Source of the DNA: an uncultured Gemmatimonadales bacterium
Lineage (GTDB): Bacteria > Gemmatimonadota > Gemmatimonadetes > Gemmatimonadales > GWC2-71-9
DNA: 64,000 bases
Assembly: GCA_963821525.1 (NCBI GenBank)
Contig: CAWGED010000008.1
Span: 96,001 to 160,000 of the forward strand
Direction: 5' to 3'
In this document: positions 54,169 through 62,021 of the stretch, piece after piece
Numbering within the stretch: position 1 is the first letter of the stretch
Layout of the letters: the number at the start of each line of letters is the position of its first letter
Program-made: the position numbers and the translations under genes
The notes under the pieces: model-generated
The model's database searches: none
Told to the model about the DNA's origin: nothing
Seen by the model: only the letters and a program-made list of their open reading frames with translations

Positions 54169-54340
54169 TCAGCGCCTCGGTTCGCCGATGAGCCGCTGCA
54201 GTCCGGCGTGCGGCCACGTAAGGTTGCAGCTCAGGATCGGCCTGCCGCCAGGTGTCCACCACGCGCTGGAACAGATGATCCCAAGCCCCTGCTCACCCAA
54301 CCGTCGGCGAGCCGCGCCCGCTCGAGGACGGCGCTGACGA
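54169..54340 (-). pseudogene. Degenerate C-terminal remnant of a TPR-tailed Ser/Thr kinase-type gene
   Basis: Across frames reads VLERARLA..LGE...QRVVDTWRQADPELQPYVA..AGLQRLIGEPRR*; no 5' part present. Confidence 0.6.
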
Positions 54341-54452
54341 AAAAGCTGCAATGCCTACAGTTGAATTCTGAATTCTACCTCGAATAGTCCAGCTATCGAA
54401 TAATCCAGCCTAGGCGGCCAACCCCGATCACGGGGTGAACCGCTTCGACCTT

Positions 54453-54554
54453 CCTGTCTCTTATCCCTCCCCCCTGCTTGACGGGATAAGAGACAGGGCC
54501 ACAGAGGGAGTTCACTGCCCCCTGGTGTATCGACTATTACCGAAGCACCGTGGG
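54453..54554 (+). repeat. att-like palindromic site, copy 1
   Basis: cctgtctcttatccc-N8-gcttgac-gggataagagacagg (perfect 15-bp IR), then gagggagttcactgccc...actattaccga. Confidence 0.85.
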
Positions 54555-54660
54555 CACGTCGCTCGGACAGTCCATAGAGTAGAAGTCGCCGTCAACCGGA
54601 ACCGTGAGTATGTCCTTCTGGGGAGACGGGGCGGAAGGGTTTGAGGATCGCTCAGCGCGC

Positions 54661-55437
54661 CTACTTCAGGTCGATTAGCTCGTCACGCTCACCTCCTTGG
54701 CGGGTAGCGACCTCCAACACATTTCCGATCCCCGGAGCGTAGAACTTATGCGACCGGTCCCCTGGCTCGATGGGCGTCCATTCCGTAGTCTCGAGACAGT
54801 TGGTGAACTTGCCGAACGGTACCGTCACCGTCTCCGTCAGGCGGATCACCTTCCCCATGTCCTCCACCACTCCGGGCGAATTTTCCTGCTGGACAATGTC
54901 GCCCACATGGGGATCGGCCAGCATGATGATCCCAGCCTTGGCGCTGTTCTTTCCCGCCTCCCAGGAGCCCTCATCCGTCAAGAACTTGCCGTGATCGAAC
55001 GTCTTGGTATCCTCGCCGAGGTACCAGACGTTCCCGTCCTTGTCCGGGGCAAACCAATCGAAGGTGTCTTCCGACAGGGAACCGTCCTCGATGAACACTT
55101 GATCATGGACGACAATGGCACTGACTCCGAGAATCGTCTTGGTCTGGTGCGTGACCTTAACCACGTTCAGCTCCGGCCCTTCCTTCTTGAATTCGCTCCG
55201 GTACGTGTACCTGGTGCCAGGGTGAAGAGGGAAGTACAGGTTATCCTTTGGGGTCACGAAGTTGGCAGCATGGAAGGGAATGGTGATGACCTTGGAACTG
55301 ACGCTGGGTACGGCTTGCGGATTAGCGGTTGAGGCCGTGAGAACTTGACTGGGGTCGTCCGCCGCCCCGCAGCCTGCTAACCCGAGCACGCCGGCGAGGG
55401 CATACAGCCACAGCCGACTGATTTGAGGCGCCGTCAT
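54661..55437 (-). CDS. Conserved hypothetical lipoprotein
   Basis: AGGAGG RBS, lipobox LAGC, DNLYFPLHPG, DKDGNVWYLGE, KFYAPGIG. Confidence 0.85.
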   Translation of the reverse strand: MTAPQISRLWLYALAGVLGLAGCGAADDPSQVLTASTANPQAVPSVSSKVITIPFHAANFVTPKDNLYFPLHPGTRYTYRSEFKKEGPELNVVKVTHQTKTILGVSAIVVHDQVFIEDGSLSEDTFDWFAPDKDGNVWYLGEDTKTFDHGKFLTDEGSWEAGKNSAKAGIIMLADPHVGDIVQQENSPGVVEDMGKVIRLTETVTVPFGKFTNCLETTEWTPIEPGDRSHKFYAPGIGNVLEVATRQGGERDELIDLK

Positions 55438-55634
55438 CGTTGATCCTCCTGGAGATTGGAGTTCGGGGAACTCGCGGCACCTGTCTCCTCCTGTCGAGCG
55501 CAGCACCGCACCCCATGAGGAGCCCACGAGGGGACCCTGTTGTGACAGCCGAAGGCGACTCCCTAAGCCTGTCCGGAGAGAGTGTGCCAACATGAAGCTC
55601 TGAACGGGTCAGGGATCGGGAATGCGGGATGTGA

Positions 55635-55725
55635 TCTTATCCCTTCCGCCGCTTGACGGGATAAGAGCAAGGCCGCAGAGGGAGTCACTGCCCGCTGGGG
55701 CCGAACTATTACCGAGGACCCGTGG
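55635..55725 (+). repeat. att-like palindromic site, copy 2
   Basis: tcttatccc-N7-gcttgac-gggataaga, then gagggagtcactgccc...actattaccga. Confidence 0.85.
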
Positions 55726-55798
55726 CCCCATGTCTCGCGGGGTGTGCCAGCAAGAAAGACTCTTGTGACGACCTGAGACAGTGAACTGCGGAGCGGCT

Positions 55799-55877
55799 CC
55801 TGTCTCTTATCCCCATCCCGTTATCCCCATCCCCTGCTTGACCGGATAAGAGATAGGGGCCTAGAAGGAGTTCCACT
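55799..55877 (+). repeat. att-like palindromic site, copy 3
   Basis: cctgtctcttatccc (internal ttatccccatccc duplication) gcttgac-cggataagagatagg, then gaaggagttccact. Confidence 0.85.
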
Positions 55878-55915
55878 CGCTCCCCCCACCGGACGAAGGC
55901 CGAAATGGCATAGGG

Positions 55916-55943
55916 TTGACAAATCAATATTCGTTGATATTAT
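55916..55943 (+). promoter_or_regulatory. ars promoter with ArsR operator
   Basis: TTGACA N16 TATTAT enclosing the inverted repeat ATCAA-N6-TTGAT, just before the arsR ATG. Confidence 0.75.
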
Positions 55944-55949
55944 CAGCCC

Positions 55950-56276
55950 ATGGCAACGGCCCAGCAGGAACTCACTTCGGTCGCGCGGGTGTTCCACGCG
56001 CTCTCAGACGAAACCCGCGTCGCCCTCGTCCGGCGCTTGCGGAGCGGGGAGCACTGCGTGTGCGATCTCATGGATCACCTGGACGCGGCCCAGTCACGGC
56101 TGAGCTTTCACCTCAAGGTGCTGCGTGACGCCGGAATCGTGGATTGCCGGCGCGAGGGACGCTGGGCGTACTACTGGCTGCGGCCGGAGGCCTTCGACGA
56201 TCTCGGCGACGCCGTGAAGGGACTCGCCCCGACACCTGGAGCCCGCGCGACCGCGGCGGCGCGGTGCTGCGACTGA
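55950..56276 (+). CDS. arsR: ArsR/SmtB family regulator
   Basis: FHALSDETR, EHCVCDL, QSRLSFHLKVL; C-terminal CC. Confidence 0.93.
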   Translation: MATAQQELTSVARVFHALSDETRVALVRRLRSGEHCVCDLMDHLDAAQSRLSFHLKVLRDAGIVDCRREGRWAYYWLRPEAFDDLGDAVKGLAPTPGARATAAARCCD

Positions 56277-56331
56277 TTGGCTTTTTCTCACGTTGAATAT
56301 ATCAACCATTTTTGGTGAATGCGAGGCTGAC

Positions 56332-57249
56332 ATGACGAGCAGGTCCGATATCCCGAGCGCGGCGAGTGCGCTGACGGAGACAGTGAAGGCGAAGTACGGC
56401 GAAGCCGCCAAGCGCGTTCTCGCGGGGCAGGACGCGAGTTGTTGCGGGCCAGTCAGTTGTGGTTGCGGCTCCGCGGCAGCGAACGGCATCAAGGACCCGA
56501 TCACCTCGGACCTCTACGGCGCCGACCAGACCGGTGTGCTTCCGGCCGACGCCGTCCTGGCCTCGCTGGGGTGCGGCAATCCGACCGCCCTCATCGAACT
56601 CCACGACGGCGAGGTGGTACTGGATCTCGGCTCCGGCGGCGGGATCGATGTTCTCCTCTCCGCCCGTCGCGTCGGTCCCACCGGCAAGGCCTACGGGCTC
56701 GACATGACCGAGGAGATGCTGGCTCTGGCCCGCGCCAACGCGGCAAAGGCCGGTGCCACGAACGTGGAGTTCCTCAAGGGGAATATCGAGCAGATCCCGC
56801 TCCCCGATGCGAGCGTGGATGTGATCATCTCGAACTGCGTCATCAACCTGTCGGCGGACAAGCGGCGAGTGCTGGGGGAAGCCTTCCGCGTCCTCAAGCC
56901 GGGCGGTCGATTCGCGGTCTCCGATGTGGTGGTGCGGGGTGAAATCCCAGCGGCGGTTCGGAGGAATATGGAACTCTGGGTGGGCTGCGTTGCGGGTGCC
57001 CTGGAAGAGCAGGAGTTCCTGGACCTGCTTGGCGCCGCCGGGTTCGAGTCGGCGTCAATCGAGCCGACCCGGGTCTACGAGTTCGAGGACGCCCGTGCCT
57101 TCCTCGGGGCGGCGGGAGAAGAGCTGGAGGTGCTCGCCCGCGACGTGAGCGGACGCGTCATGGGCGCGTTCGTGCGCGCCACTAAGCCTCGCTCGGCGGC
57201 TCTCCCCGTCGCAGCCGGCGCGTGCTGCGGTTCGGATTGCTGCACCTGA
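56332..57249 (+). CDS. arsM: Arsenite S-adenosylmethyltransferase
   Basis: SLGCGNP, VLDLGSGGGID, IISNCVINL, WVGCVAGA; Cys pairs at both ends. Confidence 0.93.
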   Translation: MTSRSDIPSAASALTETVKAKYGEAAKRVLAGQDASCCGPVSCGCGSAAANGIKDPITSDLYGADQTGVLPADAVLASLGCGNPTALIELHDGEVVLDLGSGGGIDVLLSARRVGPTGKAYGLDMTEEMLALARANAAKAGATNVEFLKGNIEQIPLPDASVDVIISNCVINLSADKRRVLGEAFRVLKPGGRFAVSDVVVRGEIPAAVRRNMELWVGCVAGALEEQEFLDLLGAAGFESASIEPTRVYEFEDARAFLGAAGEELEVLARDVSGRVMGAFVRATKPRSAALPVAAGACCGSDCCT

Positions 57250-57277
57250 CCCGGGCCTCGATTCACCGGGCCCATCC

Positions 57278-57751
57278 ATGGTCGCGACGCCACTCCACCT
57301 GAACGGCCGGTCCGTCGCACTGCGACCGGCCACCGCGTCGGATCTCCCGACGGTCCTGCGGCTGCTCGTGGACCTGAAGCTTCCGACCGCCGGTGTCGAC
57401 GACTCGTGGTCGGAGTTCACGGTCGCCGAGGCGGATGGAGCGCTAGTCGGCCTCGCTGGCGTCGAGCGGTATGCCGAGGGCGTCCTGCTGCGGTCGGTGG
57501 CGGTCCACCCCGCCTGGCGCAGCTCGGGCCTCGGTCGAGCGCTGGTTGAAGGGGTCCTCGATCGGGCAGCCCGTGCCGGCAGTCGCGACGCGTACCTGCT
57601 CACCACCACGGCGGAACACTATTTCCCACGCCTGGGGTTCCGCGCCATCGCCCGTGCAGATGTGCCAACGTCGGTTCAACAGTCGGTGGAGTTCCGTGAG
57701 GCCTGCCCGGGCAGCGCCGTCGTGATGCGCCGTTCGCTTATTGCTCCCTGA
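57278..57751 (+). CDS. arsN2: Arsenic resistance GNAT N-acetyltransferase (ArsN2-like)
   Basis: LLRSVAV..AWRSSGLG, YLLTTTAEHYF, EFREACP; located in the ars operon. Confidence 0.85.
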   Translation: MVATPLHLNGRSVALRPATASDLPTVLRLLVDLKLPTAGVDDSWSEFTVAEADGALVGLAGVERYAEGVLLRSVAVHPAWRSSGLGRALVEGVLDRAARAGSRDAYLLTTTAEHYFPRLGFRAIARADVPTSVQQSVEFREACPGSAVVMRRSLIAP

Positions 57752-57784
57752 CCGCTCCCTTCCCTGCACCAAGGACTGACCGTC

Positions 57785-58309
57785 ATGACGAGCCTCCCGG
57801 CCGATCGCCCCCTCCGCGTGCTCTTCGTGTGCACCGGCAACAGCGCCCGCAGTCAGATGGCCCAGACGGTGCTCAATCGGAAAGGGCGCGGACGATTCGT
57901 GGCTGAGAGTGCCGGCTCACAGCCGGCCGAACGCGTCAACCCCCTGGCTATCAGCACCCTGGAGCACCATGGCTTCTTCTGGACCGGTCACGCACCACAA
58001 GGCCTCGACGTCGTGATCGAGCAACCCTGGGACTTCGTGATCACGGTGTGCGATCGCGCGAAGGAAACCTGTCCCATCTTCCCCGGGCAGCCGGTGATCG
58101 CCCATTGGGGGATGCCCGACCCGGCCGAGGCGACCGGCACGGAGGAAGAGCGGCAACGCGTGTTCGATGACACGCTGCTCCTCATCAGCCGGCGCCTGGA
58201 TCTCTTCCTCGCGCTGCCCATGGCGAAGCTGGAGAAGCTCGCCCTCCAACACCGAGTCAACGAGATCGGCGGCGCGGGCGCTGCTCCACTCGCCACGCGT
58301 GATGCCTGA
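57785..58309 (+). CDS. arsC: Arsenate reductase (LMW-PTPase/thioredoxin type)
   Basis: LFVCTGNSARSQMA, VITVCD..KETCP, HWGMPDP. Confidence 0.92.
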   Translation: MTSLPADRPLRVLFVCTGNSARSQMAQTVLNRKGRGRFVAESAGSQPAERVNPLAISTLEHHGFFWTGHAPQGLDVVIEQPWDFVITVCDRAKETCPIFPGQPVIAHWGMPDPAEATGTEEERQRVFDDTLLLISRRLDLFLALPMAKLEKLALQHRVNEIGGAGAAPLATRDA

Positions 58310-58369
58310 CGGCCGGCTGCGCACCCGCGCTCTGGACAGGCACCCACCCCATTGGAGCCTCTTCCCAAC

Positions 58370-59470
58370 ATGACTGCCCCTGCTGGTGACGCGCCAATCC
58401 TTATTCGCCTGTCCACCCTCGACCGCTTTCTGCCGCTCTGGATCTTCGCGGCCATGGGCCTGGGGCTCCTGCTGGGACGGGCCTACCCGGACCTGGGGGC
58501 AGCCCTGGACCGCGTGCAGCTGGCGGGCGTCTCAGTGCCGATCGCGATCGGACTGCTGTGGATGATGTATCCGGTGCTTGCGAAGGTGCGCTACGAGGCC
58601 ATCGGCGAGCATGCACGCGATACGAAACTGCTGGGCACGTCGCTGACGCTCAACTGGATCCTCGGGCCACTGGTCATGCTGGGGCTCGCATGGCTGTTCC
58701 TCCCCGACCTGCCCCACTACCGCAATGGGCTCGTCCTCATCGGGCTGGCCCGATGTATCGCCATGGTACTGGTGTGGAACGCCCTGGCCTGCGGCTCGGC
58801 GGAGTTGGCTGCTGTCCTCGTGGCCCTCAACTCTGTCTTTCAGATTCTGACCTACTCGGTGCTGGGCTGGCTGTACCTGACCGTGGTGCCCACGTGGTTC
58901 GGAGCCGATACGGCCGTACTCGATGTGTCGATGGGGCAGATCGCCAGGAGTGTCGGGATCTTCCTTGGCGTGCCACTCATAGCCGGATACGTCACGCGGC
59001 GCCTCCTGGTCGCCCGACGAGGAGCTGTCTGGTATGACGGCGTGTTTATTCCCCGGATCGGCCCCACCGCGCTGATCGGCCTGCTCTACACCATCGTGCT
59101 GATGTTCGCGATGCAGGGGCATCGCATTGTCGAGCTGCCGTTCGATGTCCTGCGCATCGCGCTCCCGCTTCTGGCCTACTTTGCCCTCATGTTCGGTCTC
59201 GCCTTCTGGCTCGCGCGGCAGCTGGGGTTTGCCTACGAGGCCACGGCCTCGCTCGCCTTCACGGCCGCTGGCAACAACTTCGAATTGGCCATCGCGGTTG
59301 CGGTCGCGACCTTCGGGATCGGGTCTGGCGAAGCCCTCGCCGCGGTGGTGGGCCCGCTGATCGAGGTGCCCGCGCTGGTGGGTCTGGTGTACGTGTCACT
59401 CTGGGCTCAACGACGCTACTTCCCGGCTGGCCCCGCGCGTTCACGTCCACCCATCTGTCATTCCAGCTGA
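58370..59470 (+). CDS. acr3: ACR3 family arsenite efflux transporter
   Basis: LDRFLPLWI, MMYPVLAK, GLARCIAMV, GNNFELAIAVA, GPLIEVP. Confidence 0.95.
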   Translation: MTAPAGDAPILIRLSTLDRFLPLWIFAAMGLGLLLGRAYPDLGAALDRVQLAGVSVPIAIGLLWMMYPVLAKVRYEAIGEHARDTKLLGTSLTLNWILGPLVMLGLAWLFLPDLPHYRNGLVLIGLARCIAMVLVWNALACGSAELAAVLVALNSVFQILTYSVLGWLYLTVVPTWFGADTAVLDVSMGQIARSVGIFLGVPLIAGYVTRRLLVARRGAVWYDGVFIPRIGPTALIGLLYTIVLMFAMQGHRIVELPFDVLRIALPLLAYFALMFGLAFWLARQLGFAYEATASLAFTAAGNNFELAIAVAVATFGIGSGEALAAVVGPLIEVPALVGLVYVSLWAQRRYFPAGPARSRPPICHSS

Positions 59471-59514
59471 CACGCCAGTAATCCACACCAGGCTCCACTG
59501 GGGCGAAGCAAGCC

Positions 59515-59543
59515 CCTGTCTCTTATCCCAGCCCCCGCTTGAC
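59515..59543 (+). repeat. att-like site, copy 4 (left half only; overlaps the -35 of the downstream promoter)
   Basis: cctgtctcttatccc-N7-gcttgac, not followed by the gggataagag arm. Confidence 0.8.
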
Positions 59544-59594
59544 GCCCTCCTTCCCCTTCCCCATATTGCCGGAGGAAACCGAACAAACACCGAA
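59539..59594 (+). promoter_or_regulatory. Sigma70 promoter with a downstream direct-repeat operator (candidate LexA box)
   Basis: TTGACG (59539) N17 CATATT (59562); ACCGAA-caaac-ACCGAA at 59578-59594. Confidence 0.65.
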
Positions 59595-59609
59595 ATAAGG
59601 CAGGCTCCC

Positions 59610-59768
59610 ATGTCTCCCTCGACCCCTCCACCCCCCACCAAGACCCCACCCAGGCCAAGCACTCTAACCTACTACAGGATAAGAGTTTGCCCTGAGTGCT
59701 CCGGCCCGGTCATCCGCAACTCGGGCTGCATCACGTGTGCGCAATGTGGGTGGGGGAAATGCGGGTAG
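59610..59768 (+). CDS. Small 52-aa zinc-ribbon protein (not in the ORF track)
   Basis: Hand translation MSPSTPPPPTKTPPRPSTLTYYRIRVCPECSGPVIRNSGCITCAQCGWGKCG*; first gene after the promoter. Confidence 0.8.
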   Translation: MSPSTPPPPTKTPPRPSTLTYYRIRVCPECSGPVIRNSGCITCAQCGWGKCG

Positions 59769-59849
59769 GAGGGCGGACAGGTGGGATGGCGGTAGGGCGG
59801 GAAGGCGGTCGGGGCGAGGCAGGACGGAACAGGGCGGCCGGGGACAAAG

Positions 59850-59942
59850 GGCGGAATGGCGGAATGGCGGAATGGCGGAATGGCGGAATGGCGGAATGGC
59901 GGAATGGCGGAATGGCGGAATGGCGGAATGGCGGAATGGCGG
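59850..59942. repeat. Octamer array (GGCGGAAT)11, flanked by a GC-rich inverted pair
   Basis: Eleven perfect copies at 59850-59937; ggcggtagggcgggaaggcggtcggg (~59788) pairs with cccgaccgccatcccgccctaccgcc (~59978-60003). Confidence 0.95.
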
Positions 59943-60178
59943 GCCGAAGGTAAGCAGTCAGCGAAGCGGATCTCCCGCCCGACCGCCATCCCGCCCTACC
60001 GCCCAACAGGCGACGCAAGACCCACGACCCAGGACCAGACCACGACCACCGACCACCGACGATGTCCCCACCGACCAGGATGAGCCGACGCCTAATGAAA
60101 CTGCGACGAGCCGAGGCTCACGACCCAGGACCCGAGACCATCGACTATCGACCACCGACCATCGACCACGAACCCACC

Positions 60179-60649
60179 ATGCCCGACCTCGCGACCTCCA
60201 ACATCACCGGCCAACTGGTGGCGGTGCTTCGCGAAGCTATCGAGGGACCGCAGCACAGCTGGACCTATTTCACCGACAACCAGCCGGGAACTGGACTGTT
60301 CGGAACCATCGGACCGCTGAGTCCGGCCGACGTCTCGCGGCCCCAGGGGAAAAGTGGGACCACCATCGCCGGCCATGTCCATCACCTCGCCTTCAGTCTC
60401 CACGCCTCGGCGGCCTGGATCCGCGGCGAGCGGCGGCGGTGGAACTGGGACGAGAGCTGGCAGGTCCGCACCGTCGGCAGCAACGAATGGGCTGAGCTGC
60501 GCAACCGGCTGCGCCAGTCCTACGGCGAGCTGACCCAGGCCATCGAGCAGCACGCTCTCGAGAGCGAAGAAGCAATGGGCGGAGCCATCGGTGCGGTAGC
60601 GCATGCGGCATATCACTTGGCAGTGATTCGGCAGAAAGCGACGGGGTGA
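60179..60649 (+). CDS. DinB-like family protein
   Basis: TIAGHVHHL, WDESW, VAHAAYHLAVIRQ. Confidence 0.82.
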   Translation: MPDLATSNITGQLVAVLREAIEGPQHSWTYFTDNQPGTGLFGTIGPLSPADVSRPQGKSGTTIAGHVHHLAFSLHASAAWIRGERRRWNWDESWQVRTVGSNEWAELRNRLRQSYGELTQAIEQHALESEEAMGGAIGAVAHAAYHLAVIRQKATG

Positions 60650-60708
60650 GGGATGGCGGAATGGCGGAATGGCGGAAGGGCGGGACGGCGGAATGGCGGA
60701 ATGGCGGA
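60650..60708. repeat. Degenerate (GGCGGAAT)n tract
   Basis: ggatggcggaatggcggaatggcggaagggcgggacggcggaatggcggaatggcgg immediately after the stop codon. Confidence 0.9.
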
Positions 60709-60773
60709 CCGACAAATCAGCGGAGTCAGACGTGCAGAGCAAGACGGGATGGCGGACTCAAGACTCACGACCC

Positions 60774-61921
60774 ATGACCACCGACCGTCGACCACCGACA
60801 ACCGGTCCCCAGTTGCCGTTGCTAACCGTCCGCCGAGTCCGCCGAGCCGCCGATCCGCCCTGCCCGTCCTCGATACTAGAGCCGCTCGGGGAAGCACGTT
60901 TCACAAAGTGCCGGTCAAGACGGTCCTCAATTCACCGGCCACGACCGGCATGGGCTTCTGGTCGCTCAATCCCTACGTCGGATGCGAGTTCGGGTGCTCG
61001 CTACTGCTATGCGAGGGAGACGCATAAGTGGACAGTCGAGCGGCTGGGGACACGAGTCAGGAATTGCCGATTGATAATTGCCGATTGCCGATTGCACCCG
61101 CTCCATCACACCAATCAGCAATCGACAATCAGCAATCAGCAATCCCCCGCCGAGGCATTCGAGCACCGCATTTCGTCAAAGCCGACGCCGCCGACGTGCT
61201 GCGCCGCACCCTGGATCCCGTGAAGCTGGCGGGGGCGTCCCTGGTGATCGGCACCGCGACCGATCCCTATCAGCCCGCCGAACGGAAGTTCAAGCTCACC
61301 CGGAGCATTCTCGAGGCGCTGCTCGGCTGGCGGGGCCTCTCGCTTGGGCTCATCACCAAGTCACCGCTGGTCACCCGCGATCTCGATCTGCTGCAGCGGC
61401 TGAGCGAGCGGCACGAGGTGAGCGTCAACATTTCCCTCGCGTCGCTCAACGCGCCGTTGTTGCGCCGGCTGGAGCGCCGCTCTCCGGCGCCGCATGCCCG
61501 GATCCGCGCCCTCAAGACTCTGATCGACGGTGGCATCCACACCGGGCTGCTCATCGCCCCGATCCTGCCCGGCATCACCGACGACCGGGCCGGGCTGGCG
61601 ACGCTCATGCGCGCCGCCAAGGCGGCCGGCGCCAGGTACGCGGTAGGCCAGCCACTCCGCCTGGGCCCGGCGATCGTGCCGCAGTTCATGCCGGTGCTGG
61701 AGCAGGAATTCCCCGATCTCGTGGAGCGCTACCGGCAACACTACGGCCACGGCAATTACGTAAGGGCCGAGTACCAGAAAGCCCTCATGCACCGGTTACA
61801 CCAGCTGCAGGAGGAGTTTGGCTTTCCGGTCGCAGAAAGTCGGAGGCGCAGAGAGCAGCTGGAGGGAAGACAGCCCCGATGGATGAAGGAGGAGTGGCAG
61901 GCGACGCTGCTATTAGGCTAG
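60774..61921 (+). CDS. Radical SAM protein, Rv2578c/SplB-like DNA-repair family (2-3 frameshifts)
   Basis: SLNPYVGCEFGC|YCYA (CxxxCxxC split by a frameshift), IGTATDPYQPAE, ITKSPLVTRDLD, APILPGITD. Confidence 0.9.
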
Positions 61922-62021
61922 ACGGTGAGACGGTAGAACGTGTGAACGGGTATTTCTGATCTCCAGTTATCCCGTCTCCCGTTCTCCGTCTCCTCGGTAC
62001 TGGTCACCGGTACTTACCTCA

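Noticed and set aside
54453..55877. Repeated palindromic sites as XerCD dif/pdif sites or integron attC sites
   Set aside because: A GGATAA half resembles a XerC arm, but there is no TTATG XerD arm after 6 bp, no RYYYAAC/GTTRRRY ends and no integrase in the window.
59675..59686. GGATAAGAG as the displaced right arm of att-like copy 4
   Set aside because: It lies in frame within the Zn-ribbon ORF and lacks the shared downstream tail; likely coincidence.
59850..59942. Octamer and heptamer arrays as a CRISPR array
   Set aside because: Contiguous short units with no unique spacers and no cas genes.
59696..60083. ORFs with MAEWRNGG / FRHSAIPP repeats (also 43515..43979)
   Set aside because: Translations of the octamer arrays, not plausible proteins.
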